Positions 1 to 14,056 of a DNA stretch of 64,000 nucleotides are shown here, one piece after another. The notes beneath the pieces were generated by a model. It had not been told where the DNA came from. It ran no database searches and saw only the letters and a list, made by a program, of their open reading frames with translations. How positions within the stretch are numbered: position 1 is the stretch's first letter; the number at the start of each line of letters is the position of its first letter. Position numbers and translations under genes: made by a program. The stretch comes from Basidiobolus meristosporus CBS 931.73. Its lineage: Eukaryota > Fungi > Basidiobolomycota. The stretch lies in the NCBI GenBank assembly GCA_002104905.1, contig MCFE01000129.1:96098-160097 (forward strand), written 5' to 3'.

Positions 1-499
1 CACTAAATAAGATCACAATCAAGAACCTCTTCTGTGGTAATGGAAAGTATTCCATTACTACAATATCTCTAAACCAATATTGCACTCATTTCTTTATTTT
101 GCTTTTTGCTATTGTAACACACAAGTGAAAGATCAAGAATTTCCAACTTTGATGAACAAATGCTCCAGGCCCTGACAAGCAATCCACCCAAGAATATTAT
201 GTCATACAGAACACATAGTAGCCAACACATGTTTCAGATCACAGCTCATTTGAAGCAGTACTTAAGGAGTTATGACCAAAAGAGTCCAACTATTATATAC
301 TATGCCTTATTGCTAGGATTACTATGGTGACTTTGATTGCGTGTAACTTTTGAACCAGCCAATCAAATCGCGTGAAATCTTTACAGGTACTGCGCCTATG
401 ACCGATCTGCACCACTGCAAAATTTTAGCTTTGTATCATGTGTATTGCTTGTGCAATTGCCCAAAAACTTTGATCCTTCAAAATTTTCATACATATGAC

Positions 500-3400
500 T
501 TCCCCAGCTGAAAAATAAAGAGAGAGCCTCTCTTTCCAGAATCTCCACACTACAATTACAAGTTTAAAGGTTATAAGGCTTCCCCTGCATCACTTTCACT
601 GTTGAGTATTCTGACTTTGATTGGTACTACATCAGTAAAGAGACTGCAAAGCTTACAAGAATCCAATCTAAGTTCTACAAGAAACTACCACTTTTCTGTT
701 GGAAAAGTCCCCTCTGAGAAACCCCTTTACTCTGAAGACACCCCTTTAGACACCCCTTTAGTCTAAAGACCCCTTTAGAGACCCCTTTAAGAAACCCCTT
801 TACTCTAAAGAAGCCCCTTTAGGCACCCCTTTAGTGTAAAGTCCACTTTAGAGACCACTACAAGAAGCCCCTTTACTCTAAAGACACCCCTTTAGACACC
901 CTTTTAGGTCTAAAGACCCCTTTAGAGACTTCTTCAACACACCCCTTTAGGTTAAAGGGGAGCTCAGAATTTCCATATTAGGAAATATTTTCTCAGAAAG
1001 GAAATTGACTTCCAAATAAGGAAAAGTTACTATAAAAGTAAATAAGCCCATTAGTCAACAGAAGGTCAGAACACTGCTGTAGAAGTGATAACCACTGCCT
1101 ACAGTATATTTTGAGCCTAAGATTGAGGAAATTAGTGAAAGTTATATCTTCTATTGGTATATCAAACTCTCAATAAACTATTTCAGTATTAGCATACTGG
1201 AAGTTGTTGTATATTGTTGATTAGCCTCTACATTGTAGAACCAGCCCCAAACTAATCATAGTACATCACAACACTTCCCTTTGCCCTTAATGAACACCCT
1301 GCTGGATCAACTCTCTTCTGCCACAGTATTTATCAAAATTGCTCTCAGAGGAGCATATAACCTTGTCAAGATCAAGCCTGGCAATGAATGGAAAATTGCC
1401 TTCCAAACAAGATATGGTCACTTTGAGTACAAAGTTATACCATTTGGTCTCACCAATGTCCCTGCTGTCTTTCAACACCTGATGAGTGCAATATTCCAAG
1501 AAGACCTTGACCAATTTGTGGTTATCTACCTTGATGATATCCTGATCTACTCCAAGATTTAAAAGAACATAATTCCCCTGTTAGGAAAGTCTTGACCAAG
1601 CTGGACACTGCTGGCCTCTATGCCAAACTGGATAAGTGCAAGTTTGAGTAGAAAGAAGTTGAGTTCCTACGTTATCATATATGCTCATATGGAACAAGCA
1701 TGGACCCCAATAAAATAGAAGCATCCTGTCCTGGAAAACTCCCTGTTCTGTAAAAGAACTGCAATCCTTCCTTGGATTTGCTAACTCCTACCATGGATTC
1801 ATTGCAACTACTCCAAGATGGCCACTTCCTGGACAAAACTCACCTGGAAAAGTCTACCCTTTCCCTAGAATGAGGAATAGTGTGAGTCCATTTATTCTAT
1901 TGAGAAATCCTTTTTGTCTGCCCCTCTGCTTGCCCAAGCTGATCTTGAGAAACCTTTCATCATAGAAACTGATACCTCTGTCTTTGCCCTTGGTGCCATT
2001 CTTTCCCAGCATGATAACAAGAATGTGCTACACCCTATTGCATTCTACTCTTAGAACTTTACTCCAGCTGAAGTAACCTACGATATCTATGACAAGTAAC
2101 TACTTGCAATCATTGTTGCCTTTGACCAATGAAGACACTACTTTGATGGTGCAGCCAAAAAGATAAAGATCTTCTGTGCTCACAAGAACCTTTAGTACTT
2201 TACCACCTCAAAAGTACCAAACCAGAGACAAGCCAGATGGTCCTTCTTCCAGTCTAGCTTTGACTTTGTCATCACCTATAGACCAGGTGTAAAACAAGGA
2301 AAACCTGATGCCCTGTCCAGAAGGTGGAGTATTCCCTTGAAGAAGAACATGATGCCTTTTGGTAAATGAAAATCCCTGTACTCAACAAAAGACACTTTGA
2401 ACTTCTTGCTACCCAGTCCTCCAATATTACAGCTCCTTTACTCCCTGAGAAAGTCAAGAGCAGCTAAGCCACCAACTCCACAGTGGAAACAATCAAGAGA
2501 TATCTTAAGTCTCCCACTGATCCACCACCCAAGTTCCCAAACCTCCAGTCTCTACATCTAGTCAATGACATCATCTATCACAAGCACCAACTGTTTGTCC
2601 CAGACCTGGATACCAAGTTTGATATAATCCATTCTTGCCATGATTCAGTGGCTGCAGGACATTTTGGTACTGCCAAAACCATGAATGCAATCAAGAGTGA
2701 CCTCTGGTGGCCCAAGATGATATCCCTTTTCAAGGAGTACCTCAATGCTGTGATACATATAATTATGCAAAATCTGCCAGACATCAGCCATGTGGACTTC
2801 TTCCACCCTTGCCAATCCCTGACCAGCAATGGAAGTCAATTTTGATGGACTTCATTACAAACCTCCCAGAATCCAACCCATTTGATCTATTCCTAGTAGT
2901 GGCAGATAGACTCACAAAGATGACTCACTTCATTCCCTACTCTAAGAGTATAGATATCAAGGAGACTGTCCACTTAGTAATCAAGAACATTTCCCAGCTC
3001 CATGGTATCCCTAGTGACATTGTATCTGATAGAGAACCCCAGTTCATATCAAAATTCTGGAAACACTTCATGCAATATCTTGTTGTGGAAGTCAAGCTCT
3101 CAACTGCTCTTCATCCTCAGTCAGATGGCCAGACTGAAAGAATTAACCAGATTCTTGATCAATACCTCAGGCACTATATCAGCTATCAACAAGAAAAATG
3201 GACCCAGCTGCTATCACTTGCAGATTTTGCCCACTATAACTCATGTCATAGTGCAACTGGTCTCACTCCATTCTAGGCAAGTTACGGTTTTCATCTGCAA
3301 TTTGATATTCAGATTCCAACAAACCCTATGAGCCCCCCAGCAGCTGAACATGCATCAACAATTTAGATATCCAAGAAACACTCTTAAAATAAGTATCCTT

Positions 3401-4566
3401 AGCCTATGGGGAGTGAAAGAAGTTTGCAAACAACAAGCAACAGCTTAGCCCCAAGCTTAATGAAGGAGATTTAGTATGGCTCTTGAGAAGAAACATTGCT
3501 ACCAGCCACCCTTGTGACAAATTAGACCATAAGAAACTAGGTCCATTCAGGATTGACAAGAAACTGAGCCCAAATGTATACCAACTACAGTTACCACCAA
3601 GTATGAAGATCCATGACAGGTTCCATGTATCTCTCCTAGAGCCATTCCATGAAAGTACCCTACCCAGCTGGAACCCAGTAAATCCCCCAGATATTCAAGT
3701 AGACAAATACCAAGAGTTTGAGACTCAGCAAGTACTAGATTCAAAGTACATCAGATCTCAACTTCACTACCTAGTAGACTGGGCTGGTTATGGCCCAAAT
3801 GATCAAACTTGGTAATCAGCAACAAACCTAAGAAACTGCCAAGATCTAGTTGCACTTTTTCACCACACCAACCCCAACAGGCAGAGCCAAAAGCTTGCGG
3901 AAAGCCCCTCAGAAGATGAGAACAGTGTCAGGATCACAAGACATCCATGACCTTTCATGATCTAGTCAGATCACATTGGTGAAGAAATCCCAGTTTCTTC
4001 TAGTGAGTTTTACTACATTCTAGCAACTTCTTGAAAGCTTGAAGCCAACTTTGCACAATGAAGTATTCTGTGGAAGCTTCTGCTAGGAACTTATGTAGCT
4101 CTTTACAATAAATGATAATTGCATGTCACATGACCTAGTCTCATGATCAGCTTGCTCTTGGCATATCCTCATGTAATTTCTAGTCTGTTCTTTAGTATAT
4201 CTATCTTGGCACACTTACTGTGCCTCACCCCAGAATCTCATCAGTATTAGCCAATATCTCTTGGTATCCATATTGCCAAAAAATACATTTAGTTCTATCC
4301 CCCCTTATGTATTCCTCAGTCTGATAATCACAGGTCTTGCATTAACAGCCTTGCCCTGGAATCCACCTTGCCATGTTGGTCCACACCTAAGTCCCTTCCT
4401 GGTCCTGCCTTGCCTAGCACTACTCTCCTGCCTTGTGTCTATTCATAACACAATGAGCCCTTTGGGAAACTGGAAAATTTTGAAGGAATTGGCAGGAAAT
4501 TACAGTATATCTACTGCTCAAAGTACTACTTGCAGCTCCTATCAGTATTCATACTCATATGTGACA
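500..4566 (+). mobile_element. Degenerate chromoviral Ty3/Gypsy LTR retrotransposon (pol remnants plus probable 3' LTR at 3926-4566); left boundary uncertain
   Basis: Fragmented ORFs carry RT motifs ([35 protein letters not shown] at 1281-1562). Also present: RNase H remnants (ETDTSVFALGAILSQ near 1970), integrase (2483-3276; HPQSDGQTERINQ), GPF motif (KKLGPFRI) and a chromodomain (VLDSKYIRSQLHYLVDWAGYGPNDQTW). A purine-rich tract at 3911-3925 precedes TGTCA (3926), and TGACA ends at 4566. Many stops and frameshifts. Confidence 0.9.
718..937. repeat. Minisatellite of 3 x 73 bp built from CCCCTTTA sub-repeats, inside the Gypsy pol region
   Basis: Units start at 718, 791 and 864 (GAA(A/G)CCCCTTTACTCT...). 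Confidence 0.85.
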
Positions 4567-4651
4567 ATACAGCTGCAAGGACTGGATGAGCTGGATATGT
4601 GTTTATTCAAGTGGTGTTGTGAAGCAATTTCTACCCCAAGTAGATTGAAAG

Positions 4652-7600
4652 TGTTGCAATATTCTGAGGAGTATTGGAAGTGATGTGGAGAACTAGAAGA
4701 TTTACATGTTATTCACTTGTAGATTTATTGATCAAAAGTATGGTATTTATACTTTTGATAAAGTAGAGGAAACAAACGTGTAGAGTTTGTTAAGGAAGGT
4801 CCCAAGAATATGTGTGCAAAGTTTGGGGTCTTTTGGACAACTTTGAGAAAAATAATAATCTGGGTACCTGATAACTTGGTGAAAATATTCTAAGTAAATC
4901 CCGACAAGAAATCTAGTCAGGACAGAATGCTAATCACAGAATAAGATCTATGTGACTAAGTTAGCATGAATATTTAGGTGACAATTCAATAATTACAACA
5001 CTCCCACTCAACAAAATATTCATGAGTAATAAATACATATTGTGAGTGTGCAATCTGTAATAAGCGTATAAGATTTAACTGTTTTGCATACTGGACTAAT
5101 ATATTATCCAAAGGTGTATGCATTTGTGTTCAACTTAATAGAACAAGTAACTTGGAATTCAGTATGCATATCTACTTAGTAATATGCCTAAAAATCTGAA
5201 TGATCTGATCATAATACTAATCATCAACTTTGATCAGTTGTACGGGCTTGAATAATAAGCTGAGTCTGATTGACAGATTGTAATAATGGTATATAGCCTC
5301 TGGGCTATTCAATGCTTCTTATTTGAGCAAAATTGACCCACTTTTGGTCAAGTTAAGGTTTTGTCATTTACGGCAGATCTGGAGTTTCCTTATTTCCGGC
5401 CAACAGTCTAATCCATTTAGACAACTTCACTGTGTGTCCATATTAGGCTCAGGGACAGTTACTTCCATCATATAGATGCTATATGAGGTAAAAAATAGTG
5501 ACCTACTTTGGGTCAAGTTAAGGTTTTGTCATTTACGCCTGATCCGGATTATCCTTGTTTCCTGGCACTGTGGCACATATAACATGGCCAAAAAAAGAAG
5601 GTTTTTGCTCAACTCTGAGCTGGGATGGCCTGCTCCCACTTGAACCACGTCTGTTTAGTGATTCAGATCCACAAATATGATCTAGAATGGTCATCTTTGT
5701 CTTCTTTAAATAGCAATAACTTTCTTTGGACTGATTACTTCATATGCGGTAGATTCAAAGTCCATTTGCTTCTTGATTTACCCAGTTTGGTATTGGACAA
5801 CACCATGGGTTGTTTAATAGCTATTCTTAGAGTGCTTCTACTGATTTGGATTGATACAGCTGCTTTTGTCTTATCAGAATATACTTGTAGAATAGAGATT
5901 GGCGCTTTTCCAGAAGTGAGATTCTCCTTAACAAGGGCTTTGATTATCCTTATTCTCCTGATAGTTATTTTCAACCTTGAGCTTGGTTTCCAAGGCTAAC
6001 TGATCTTCTCAGTGTCTTCAGAATCCATAAAAAAACATCTGGTTTATCCTTGCACCTTTTTCTTTCAGCTCCATAGACAGCAGACATCAAGACTTCTGCA
6101 CTAAATAATCTGTTCTAATATATACTACAATATCTAACAGATCCTGTTGAAGTTTCAAGGCTCTTCTGGGGTTTCTAGCTTGAGAACTTTGTACAAGAGG
6201 CTCCATAGAACATATCTGCATTGCCAGATAGTCCAAATATGGCCTACATAGGTTTTGGCACCATTTGGGAAGTACCCTAGTTTGCAGTAGTAGTATTTTC
6301 CATTTTTTCTTCTTTTCTTTTTCTGCTGATGACCCAGGGATAATTCCTTTTGTGGGGTGGTTCTGGACTTCCTTGCAGGTGGGACCATGGTGTTTTTGAG
6401 CACAAGAGTCTCCATGACATCATTGTTCCAGAATATCTGACTATTTGAGAGTGAAATAATCAAAATCGGCATCCACTTAGATCATTCATAACTTTTGATA
6501 GAGTTGACCAAATTTGATCAAATAAACTGCATTTGATAGCTAGCTTCATCAATACTTTGGTATCAGACTCCAATATATCAGTATTTTGAGTTGCAGAACT
6601 TGGCAGTGACTTGATCAATCAAAATTCTTTTGATCTTATCCAGAGAAGTTAAATATCACCAAGTGTTTTCTCCCACTATAATAAGTGATATATATATAAC
6701 AAGTATAAAGTACTATGTTATCTTCTGAGTGGCTCTTAGCTGTGTACTGACCAACTGTTGCTTGGTTGTATACTCCAATCAGGCTTGCAATTATATGCTT
6801 CACTCCTTTGGCTGGCGGTAGAATCTTCATGAGTTGATTTTGCTAAATTTGTATAATACTTTCTCCCACTGTTTTGAGACTTAAACAGAGTGATAGCACG
6901 TCTAACAGCTCCATATTTAGCTCCTGGTACACTGGTTTCAGTATCAAAACACTTGATACAATTATAGCATTCTTCTAATGGATTGTGTAGTACATATCCG
7001 TACTCCAGGTGGATATATATGTATTATATATCATTGGGATCCTTACAATTCAGGAAGCTTGTTTCTGAGATCTTTTTTCATCAGTAGATAGTCCAGAATG
7101 GCGGCTAACAGCTCCAGTATTTGCATTCTCAGCTGTATTTTGAGTGGCAACAGATTTTTGGTAAAATCCTCCTCCGGCAATCATTAATAATGATCTATAT
7201 TTTTTTTTTTGCAATTCAGGATAATATCCTATCCAAGAGCTCGTCTAACAGTCAATTGGGGTCATATGAATACATATTGCAGTTTATTTCATTGTAGATC
7301 TGGACCCTCAATTGCTGGAATTACGCAATTTTCTTCAGTAGTGGTAGAGCACCAACATACTATATTTCTTGACACAATTACATGCCAGTTTGATTGACTC
7401 TTCTTCATACTAACTTGGATAGTTACTGAAGGCATCTTTTGAAGGCAAGGCCTTCTTCTCCACAGCAATATCCTCATAAACATAGCCTTTAGCAGCGGTA
7501 GTCTTCTTTAACCTTAGCGGAGCAATAGTGCAGAAAGTCTTTCTCCAGACTAGCAGAAAAGGATCCAAAGCATAGTAGACACAAAGAGGACAGCAAGCTC

Positions 7601-7962
7601 GGGGCTCATAACCTGTTGCAATATTCTGAGGAGTATTGGAAGTGATGTGGAGAACTAGAAGATTTACATGTTATTCACTTGTAGATTTATTGATCAAAAG
7701 TATGGTATTTATACTTTTGATAAAGTAGAGGAAACAAACGTGTAGAGTTTGTTAAGGAAGGTTCCAAGAATATGTGTGCAAAGTTTGGGGTCTTTTGGAC
7801 AACTTTGAGAAAAATAATAATCTGGGTACCTGATAACTTGGTGAAAATATTCTAAGTAAATCCCAACAAGAAATCTAGTCAGGACAGAATGCTAATCACA
7901 GAATAAGATCTATGTGACTAAGTTAGCATGAATATTTAGGTGACAATTCAATAATTACAACA
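4652..7962 (-). mobile_element. Non-autonomous Ty1/Copia-type LTR element with two 349-bp LTRs (4652-5000 and 7614-7962)
   Basis: Both LTRs are TGTTGCAA...TTACAACA and differ at only 2 positions by eye. The 5-bp TSD GAAAG lies at 4647-4651 and 7963-7967. PPT (TGAGTGGGAG on minus) is at 5001-5010. PBS GGTTATGAGCCC is at 7602-7613. The interior has no long ORF; a remnant EALNSPE motif lies near 5295-5320. Confidence 0.93.
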
Positions 7963-10900
7963 GAAAGTACATGGAGTCCTATGCTGGCATTGTAGGAACC
8001 TTTATTCAGAAGTGGCTCACCCATAACAATTTCATAAATATGTGGCTTTTGTGCAAAGTGTATGTGACAGAATTTGAGCAGCTAAGCTTCAAGCATAAAG
8101 CTGAGTGTGTAGATCTCTGTCACAATTATATCAATCATTGACTCTCTCTTGCTTGCTATGTGGAGAATATTTGAACTTGCTTCATTTTTTGGGAGTTTCT
8201 CTGTGGGCTCTATCTTTGGGTACTGCTGTAGTGCTTCAAAGACTAGACAGTGTTCCTCTGATGCTACATTGGAAAATGACTCAATTCTGGTGTGTGACAT
8301 TAAGCTATTTGAGTTCCTTTTCAAAGTGAAGATACTGCATTCTCTACCTGCAATATTGTTTGCACTTCATAAATATCTGCTTATCCTGCCTCTGGATTGT
8401 TTTCTGATTTCTCTGGGCTATTGCATCTATTTTATTAGCCATTGCACCTAATTGCCTCATTAATACTTTGGTATGGGCTGACAACATACTTTCAAATACT
8501 GGTATTGGTGAAGTTATCATGGCCATTTGCTGTTCTTCAACTGGAGGCACTGCACTTGAAGCATTCTTATTTGCCAGAGCATTATGCTGGCCCAACATAT
8601 GGAATGATATAGTTCAGAAAGGATCAATAGGATATTACTAGTACCTGGGTAGTATAAGTTTGGAAGTCAAGAATATAAGAGTGGGCATATTTGTCTGCAG
8701 ATGGTATTATGAACCCAATCTAGCATATGATGAATTCTCAGTGAATAAGTACAATATCAACAAATCTTAATGGCCACTGATCCTCATCAACCTGAATCTG
8801 TGGGCAACAGTACAGATGTAGAGCAATAATAGTATCCCTGATATCAGGGCCTAAAATACTGCCCAATCTAAATAGCTGCCTGTATCCATTGCTAGATGAA
8901 TCTTGGATGCTCTCCAGTTGTGTACCAATAAATAGTCAGCATTTCAAAGCATATATTATTTTTATATGCAATGGAGATAGACCTGCCATTGGCAAGATAG
9001 CTAGCATTTCTGGGCACAATAGAGAGTATTGATTTCAAATATGGGGGATACACTGGGGTTACTCCATAATTTGCATACACCATCATTATTCAAACACCAA
9101 CACTAAGGGCATGATGATTCTAAAAATAATGTACAGAAGTCAGCACACACTTGTAGCACTGTTGGCAAGCTATTGGTTATCGGCCAGAGTATGGAATCAA
9201 TCAGAAGCCAGGGATACTCAAGATATGGGAATTTGTTGGAGCAGAAACTATCCACTGGGAGTAATAAATTTGCTCTTTAGCAATATCCCAGCACCAATGA
9301 CCAAGTTTAGTGCAAATAGAGATGAGCCATCAGCTCGTACCAACTACGTGCAATAGCTCACGTGGGGAATTGAAAGTGAATAGCGAGGACGTGTACTATT
9401 GTCGGGCATTTTAGACCCAATCGTAAGTCAGGATTTTCTACAAACTTGGTTACGAATATTGGTTAGACTCGGTTGTGATTATTTTCTTTGGAAAGGCCTC
9501 CGCACTGTCATGGACTGGAATCAGGATGTGGTAGCAGTGAACCGAGAATAAAATTTCTCCATCATAACGGTCCCCACTTCCAGCGACAGTTGGATCATTT
9601 GTCTGTTGGATTGGCCGAATGCTAGAATGAATCCTCACGTTGAAATGTGACCCCGTTTCGTTCCCCACTACATAGTTATCCACCGCTCCAGGCTAGAAGA
9701 ATACGATGGATTCGTCAGTTGGGATGTGAAGCTTTCCCTCCGACTCCGCAACCTGCATACCACTTGGTTTATAAACCATAGAAATCGGGTCTGGATTGAC
9801 AGTTCTGAGAGTGTTCCTTACGGAATATCCGTGAGAAAGTCAAAGAACTTTTAGAGAGCCCTTTGCTTCTACCCCCATGAGTTGCTCTCCTTTATTCATG
9901 TGTATGTTTTTCATGAAAGGTTTGTCACCAAAGGTGGTTGATAACGTGAAGCGCACGATGATCCCTCAAGATTGACCCCGAAATCCCAACCAATTGATCA
10001 AGCATCAATCCCGGGCCCATGAATGCCTAGGCACGCCACCAGTTATTTGCCACAGCGGGAGTCTTGAGGAGATTCGGCGTATCGAGCGGAAATCGGGCTT
10101 TCAAAGGTTAACTGATGAAGTAAAAATCCCGGGTTTATACTTCGGGAAGCGCTTCGTTCGACAAACCACGTGAGCCTGTCTCAGAATGTTACGGAAAGGC
10201 GGGTGCGAAGCTTGAGGACTTGGCAAACGACCGAGATTCTCAGTATATCTACGGCACCGAAGGATCAGCGAATCCACTTGTTCGAAGCAGCCTCCGGCAA
10301 ATGAAGTGCTAATCCACGATAGACGAACAATCTGGTGCAACACTAGTTGTCCACAACCCAAATTATCCTCCATACACACAGTTCAGTGGAGGCATAGAGC
10401 CAATAGATTCCCGGGAATGTGCTAAGTCAAAGCCAATCTCTAGCTGGTCCACCAAGTCGAAACCCAGAAATAAGAATCAATAGCAGCGATTCCGTTTATT
10501 CGTAACAGTTCACACCCCCTAAGTCTTGACTGATTACTCTGATGGCTATGCTAGTTTGATTGTATTCATACATCGAATCACGTCCGGGCAACTGATCCTG
10601 AATATGTGTATATTGGTCATATTTGGAGCTCCTATCACATATCGGGAAACAATACGATTTTCAGGTTAGTAGCACTTATGAAACAGTCCATCGCGCCAGT
10701 GATTGAGCCAACCTGTCATGTTCAAAGCGGCATATTTCCTAGCATCGATCTTCACGGTAGGAAGCAGCTACTGATAGCACCAGTATCAGCTTTCGTCGCA
10801 ACCAATCCTTACCCTCCTATCCTGCTCCCTAGCATTCGCTCGCTCGGCTAAGGGGCGAAAACACCCCTCTGCTTTCGGCATGGTTTTGTAAAGAGATATC

Positions 10901-13072
10901 AAGCGAAAGAAATGGACTGCGCAGCAGCAGAGCATGCAACCCCACCTGCAAAGTTTGGGGAGTTTTGGGATATTTACAGCACAGCTCGAAGTGAGATACT
11001 GAATCCCTGGTCTGATCAAACATTCCTACCCAAGTCTACTGCGGATGATCGTCAGGTGCTTGGTGGTATGCTGGGTAGTGGCTGAGGTAATTTAGGACAT
11101 TCCCAAAATGGTAGCAGTGTTCATGTCGTAGTGATTATGTCAGAAATCCATCATATGCACCCAAAATCCGCACACTCCAATGGGTTGTGTTTTTGCCGAA
11201 TTTGGAGCAAAACGAATGTCCGCGCTCTACAGGGGAATCCGTCATATGATGCCACTAGAGCTGTGTTGCAAACATCAACAGGGTTGGTTCATCGCCAATG
11301 AAGGCTTTGGAAAGAAATACACAACAATTGGCGTATGTGTGCGTTGACCAGTGTCCACTATTAGTGATCCGAAGGCCTAAGGAAGCCGAGGAAGACTGTT
11401 CCAGAGATTGTGGCCTCGAGGTCCATGTAGAATTTGGTGCCAGCTTGGAATCAATCAGCCATGTCAGCCGAATCATGATCGGTACCACCCTAGCAACCGG
11501 TGGCAGTGCAATATTGAAAAATCAGAGGTCGATTAGGATAATTCTATAATCACCGGTTTAATACGATCAATGTCCCAAACATCCCAGAGTCACCAGTCTT
11601 CCGCAAAACGTGAGGCCAGGTGTTGAAACGAGCCCGGCACCGATGGATGCTACCACTCAATGTTGTTGTTATGATGCATATGCTGGTAAGTAATTTAGCT
11701 GGGGAAATACTGAAAGTCGCCTGCACACTGAAATGCGCGATCTATATTTGGCGAGGTATGCAACTAGAACAGACCCTCCTGAAATGGCACTTTAATTAGA
11801 GTTTAAGATAAGGGCGACAAACTTGTTCAATTTCGAATAGAGTGGATCTTTCGAGCTCAGATAACGCAGCAATTTAACTGGTTTTTGAATCGCGGACTAG
11901 TGCCGAAAGTGTCCATTTCCAAAATGTAGACCAAGCAAAAGCCATTCAGTAGGTAGAGATCCATACGCGCTAGCAAGCTCTACGTTCCAAATGGGCTTGG
12001 TCTTGGGTGGGGCTAAAGAGCCATAATGGGTCTAAACCTTTCTCTTCCCCCTCTAGGGATCAGTCGATCCGCCACTCAGTCATTCCTAAATAGGAATCCA
12101 AAGTGGCATAGATATTGCTCGAACAGTCCACACCATCCCCATTTGGCCCAGACGGCAGTCACTGAAACACCTCAAAAGGAAACAAAAACACGCTGAGGGC
12201 ACTACCTCACTCTGTCCTTTTGGAAAACGACACCTTAAATTAAGCGATAATCCCATTTGGCGAAAGGACATCCCAACAATTCTCCGGTTTAAATATCCGC
12301 ATTGTCGGGCTAAATCATCTAGAACTCGCTGCGGCTAGCCGATATATGACAATATATGAGTCTTCGCCATGCAGCGAATCATCGAGCCGGAAATTATACC
12401 ACAACACTCCTCTACCATTTGGATCAGCTCAGGCTATTCCGTCACCATTGCTACCACTAGCCTGCATTTTTAACATCACGAAGCGACCAAATGGGTGATG
12501 GCCATCTACAGGGTGTGAAATGCACGGTGAGCATATACCCGAGTATTACCACGATAGCATCGAAATCTGTGACTACGGATTACATCTACTCAATTGGCAC
12601 CCTATGGCTTCATGCAATTCCAAGCTAGGGAAATATCAGGAGATGGGCGTCAGATCTGGGGCAGGTTTGTAGGCCCGTTGCTCCCTCGTGAAGAGGTGTG
12701 TGTTGATTCTACCCTTCGTTTCGAATAAAAATGCACTGAAGTCTCCGCCAAACAGTTGACCGGTCACTCTTTTCGTCAAGTAGGAAGCACATTCAGTGCG
12801 TTGTCCTCTCTGTGTATCTTGACTAGACCCAGTTGCCGGTATATGGACGGTGTTGCGGCTGGACTGATTTTCGGCATCAACTCTTCGTGGTACTTACACA
12901 TAGAGCGAGGATCATTTCGGCATCAAATAGTGTCAAATCTGAGCCATCACCCCCTCCCTCGCCCTCATAGTCCCTATCCTCGAATATAAAAGGAGCGCAT
13001 AGATGATTCCAACATCGGCCTATCTTCCCCACCCATCCTTCAAACTGATGCCTTGCTCCACTGCTCGATTTC

Positions 13073-14056
13073 ATGTCACTCACAAATAGCTACTTGTCGA
13101 ATTGGATCCCCAGCAGAAAACAGCAACATATTTCCGTTCCCACCGTGACCGGGGACATAACTCACTTGTTTGCGGAAGATAACACAGGAATCGAAGAGGC
13201 CTTGCCCTTTATCTTCACCATATTGTCATCAATCGAAGAAGAATTAGCAAATGAGTCTTGGTTGGAGGCATCGTGGGCGTCAAGCACACTTGACAAAGAT
13301 GACGTTCCACACGAACGTCAGGTTGAGGCGGTTTTTCTAATGGCCCTCAGTGAGTTATATCATGAGGATGTTGCGCAGAGCATTAAGCTGCTGGACGAGA
13401 TTCTGAACCATGGAATCCGCTCACCTAGATTAGCAACTATCTATCAAGTAATTTTGTCTATTCTTTCTTCAAATCACCAACGTTCACATACTGACGAGCT
13501 TACCTATCCTCCTGAATTCCCCCTCTCACCACAGATCTCTTTAAACACTGGATCCTTCCCTAATTCTCCTCCATCTGCCCAGACTGTTCCTTCTGCGAGG
13601 GATTTACCTAACTCTTCTCCATCTGGTCAAGCCGTTCCTTCCGCGTGGGACTTGCCAAACTCCCCTCCATCTATCCAGGCCGTTCCTTCGGCGAGGGATA
13701 CCGCGCCGGTGAGGTCAAGCACGCATTCCCCTGAGAGACAGGAGAGAGCAAGGAGGAGAAGCAGATCCTCTCGGGAGAGAAGGCTTTCATGCTCGGAGTG
13801 CGAGAAAACTTTCGATCGCCCCTCCGCTCTAGCAAGTCACCAAAAGACCCATTCACATCGCCGCGAGTTCGTGTGCAGCCTTTGCTCTAGTGCGTTCAAA
13901 TTCAAGCACGATATGGAGCGTCATGTTCGCAGGCATACCGGAGAAAAGCCTTACCCCTGTTGCTACTGTGACCAGGGCTTCTATCGGTCCGACACTATGA
14001 CCAACCATATGAAAACGAAGCACCCAGATGCCAAGGATCACACGGCTGAAAGTTAG
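13073..14056 (+). CDS. C2H2 zinc-finger transcription factor (3 C-terminal fingers), 327 aa
   Basis: CSECEKTF...HQKTH, CSLCSSAF...HVRRH, TGEKPY linker, CCYCDQGF...HMKTKH. Three 16-aa Pro/Ser repeats at 13559-13702. Confidence 0.92.
   Translation: MSLTNSYLSNWIPSRKQQHISVPTVTGDITHLFAEDNTGIEEALPFIFTILSSIEEELANESWLEASWASSTLDKDDVPHERQVEAVFLMALSELYHEDVAQSIKLLDEILNHGIRSPRLATIYQVILSILSSNHQRSHTDELTYPPEFPLSPQISLNTGSFPNSPPSAQTVPSARDLPNSSPSGQAVPSAWDLPNSPPSIQAVPSARDTAPVRSSTHSPERQERARRRSRSSRERRLSCSECEKTFDRPSALASHQKTHSHRREFVCSLCSSAFKFKHDMERHVRRHTGEKPYPCCYCDQGFYRSDTMTNHMKTKHPDAKDHTAES

Noticed and set aside
5341-5566. Imperfect direct repeat of about 60 bp (GGTCAAGTTAAGGTTTTGTCATTTACG) inside the non-autonomous Copia
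   Set aside because: Real, but probably a low-complexity integrase-RT linker duplication with no evidence of a separate function.
8000-12750. Possible multi-exon gene(s) or pseudogenes (e.g. splice-like signals near 9693-9760 on minus; coiled-coil-like ORF at 8344-8598)
   Set aside because: I could not assemble a consistent gene model or recognise a family without RNA-seq or homology search.
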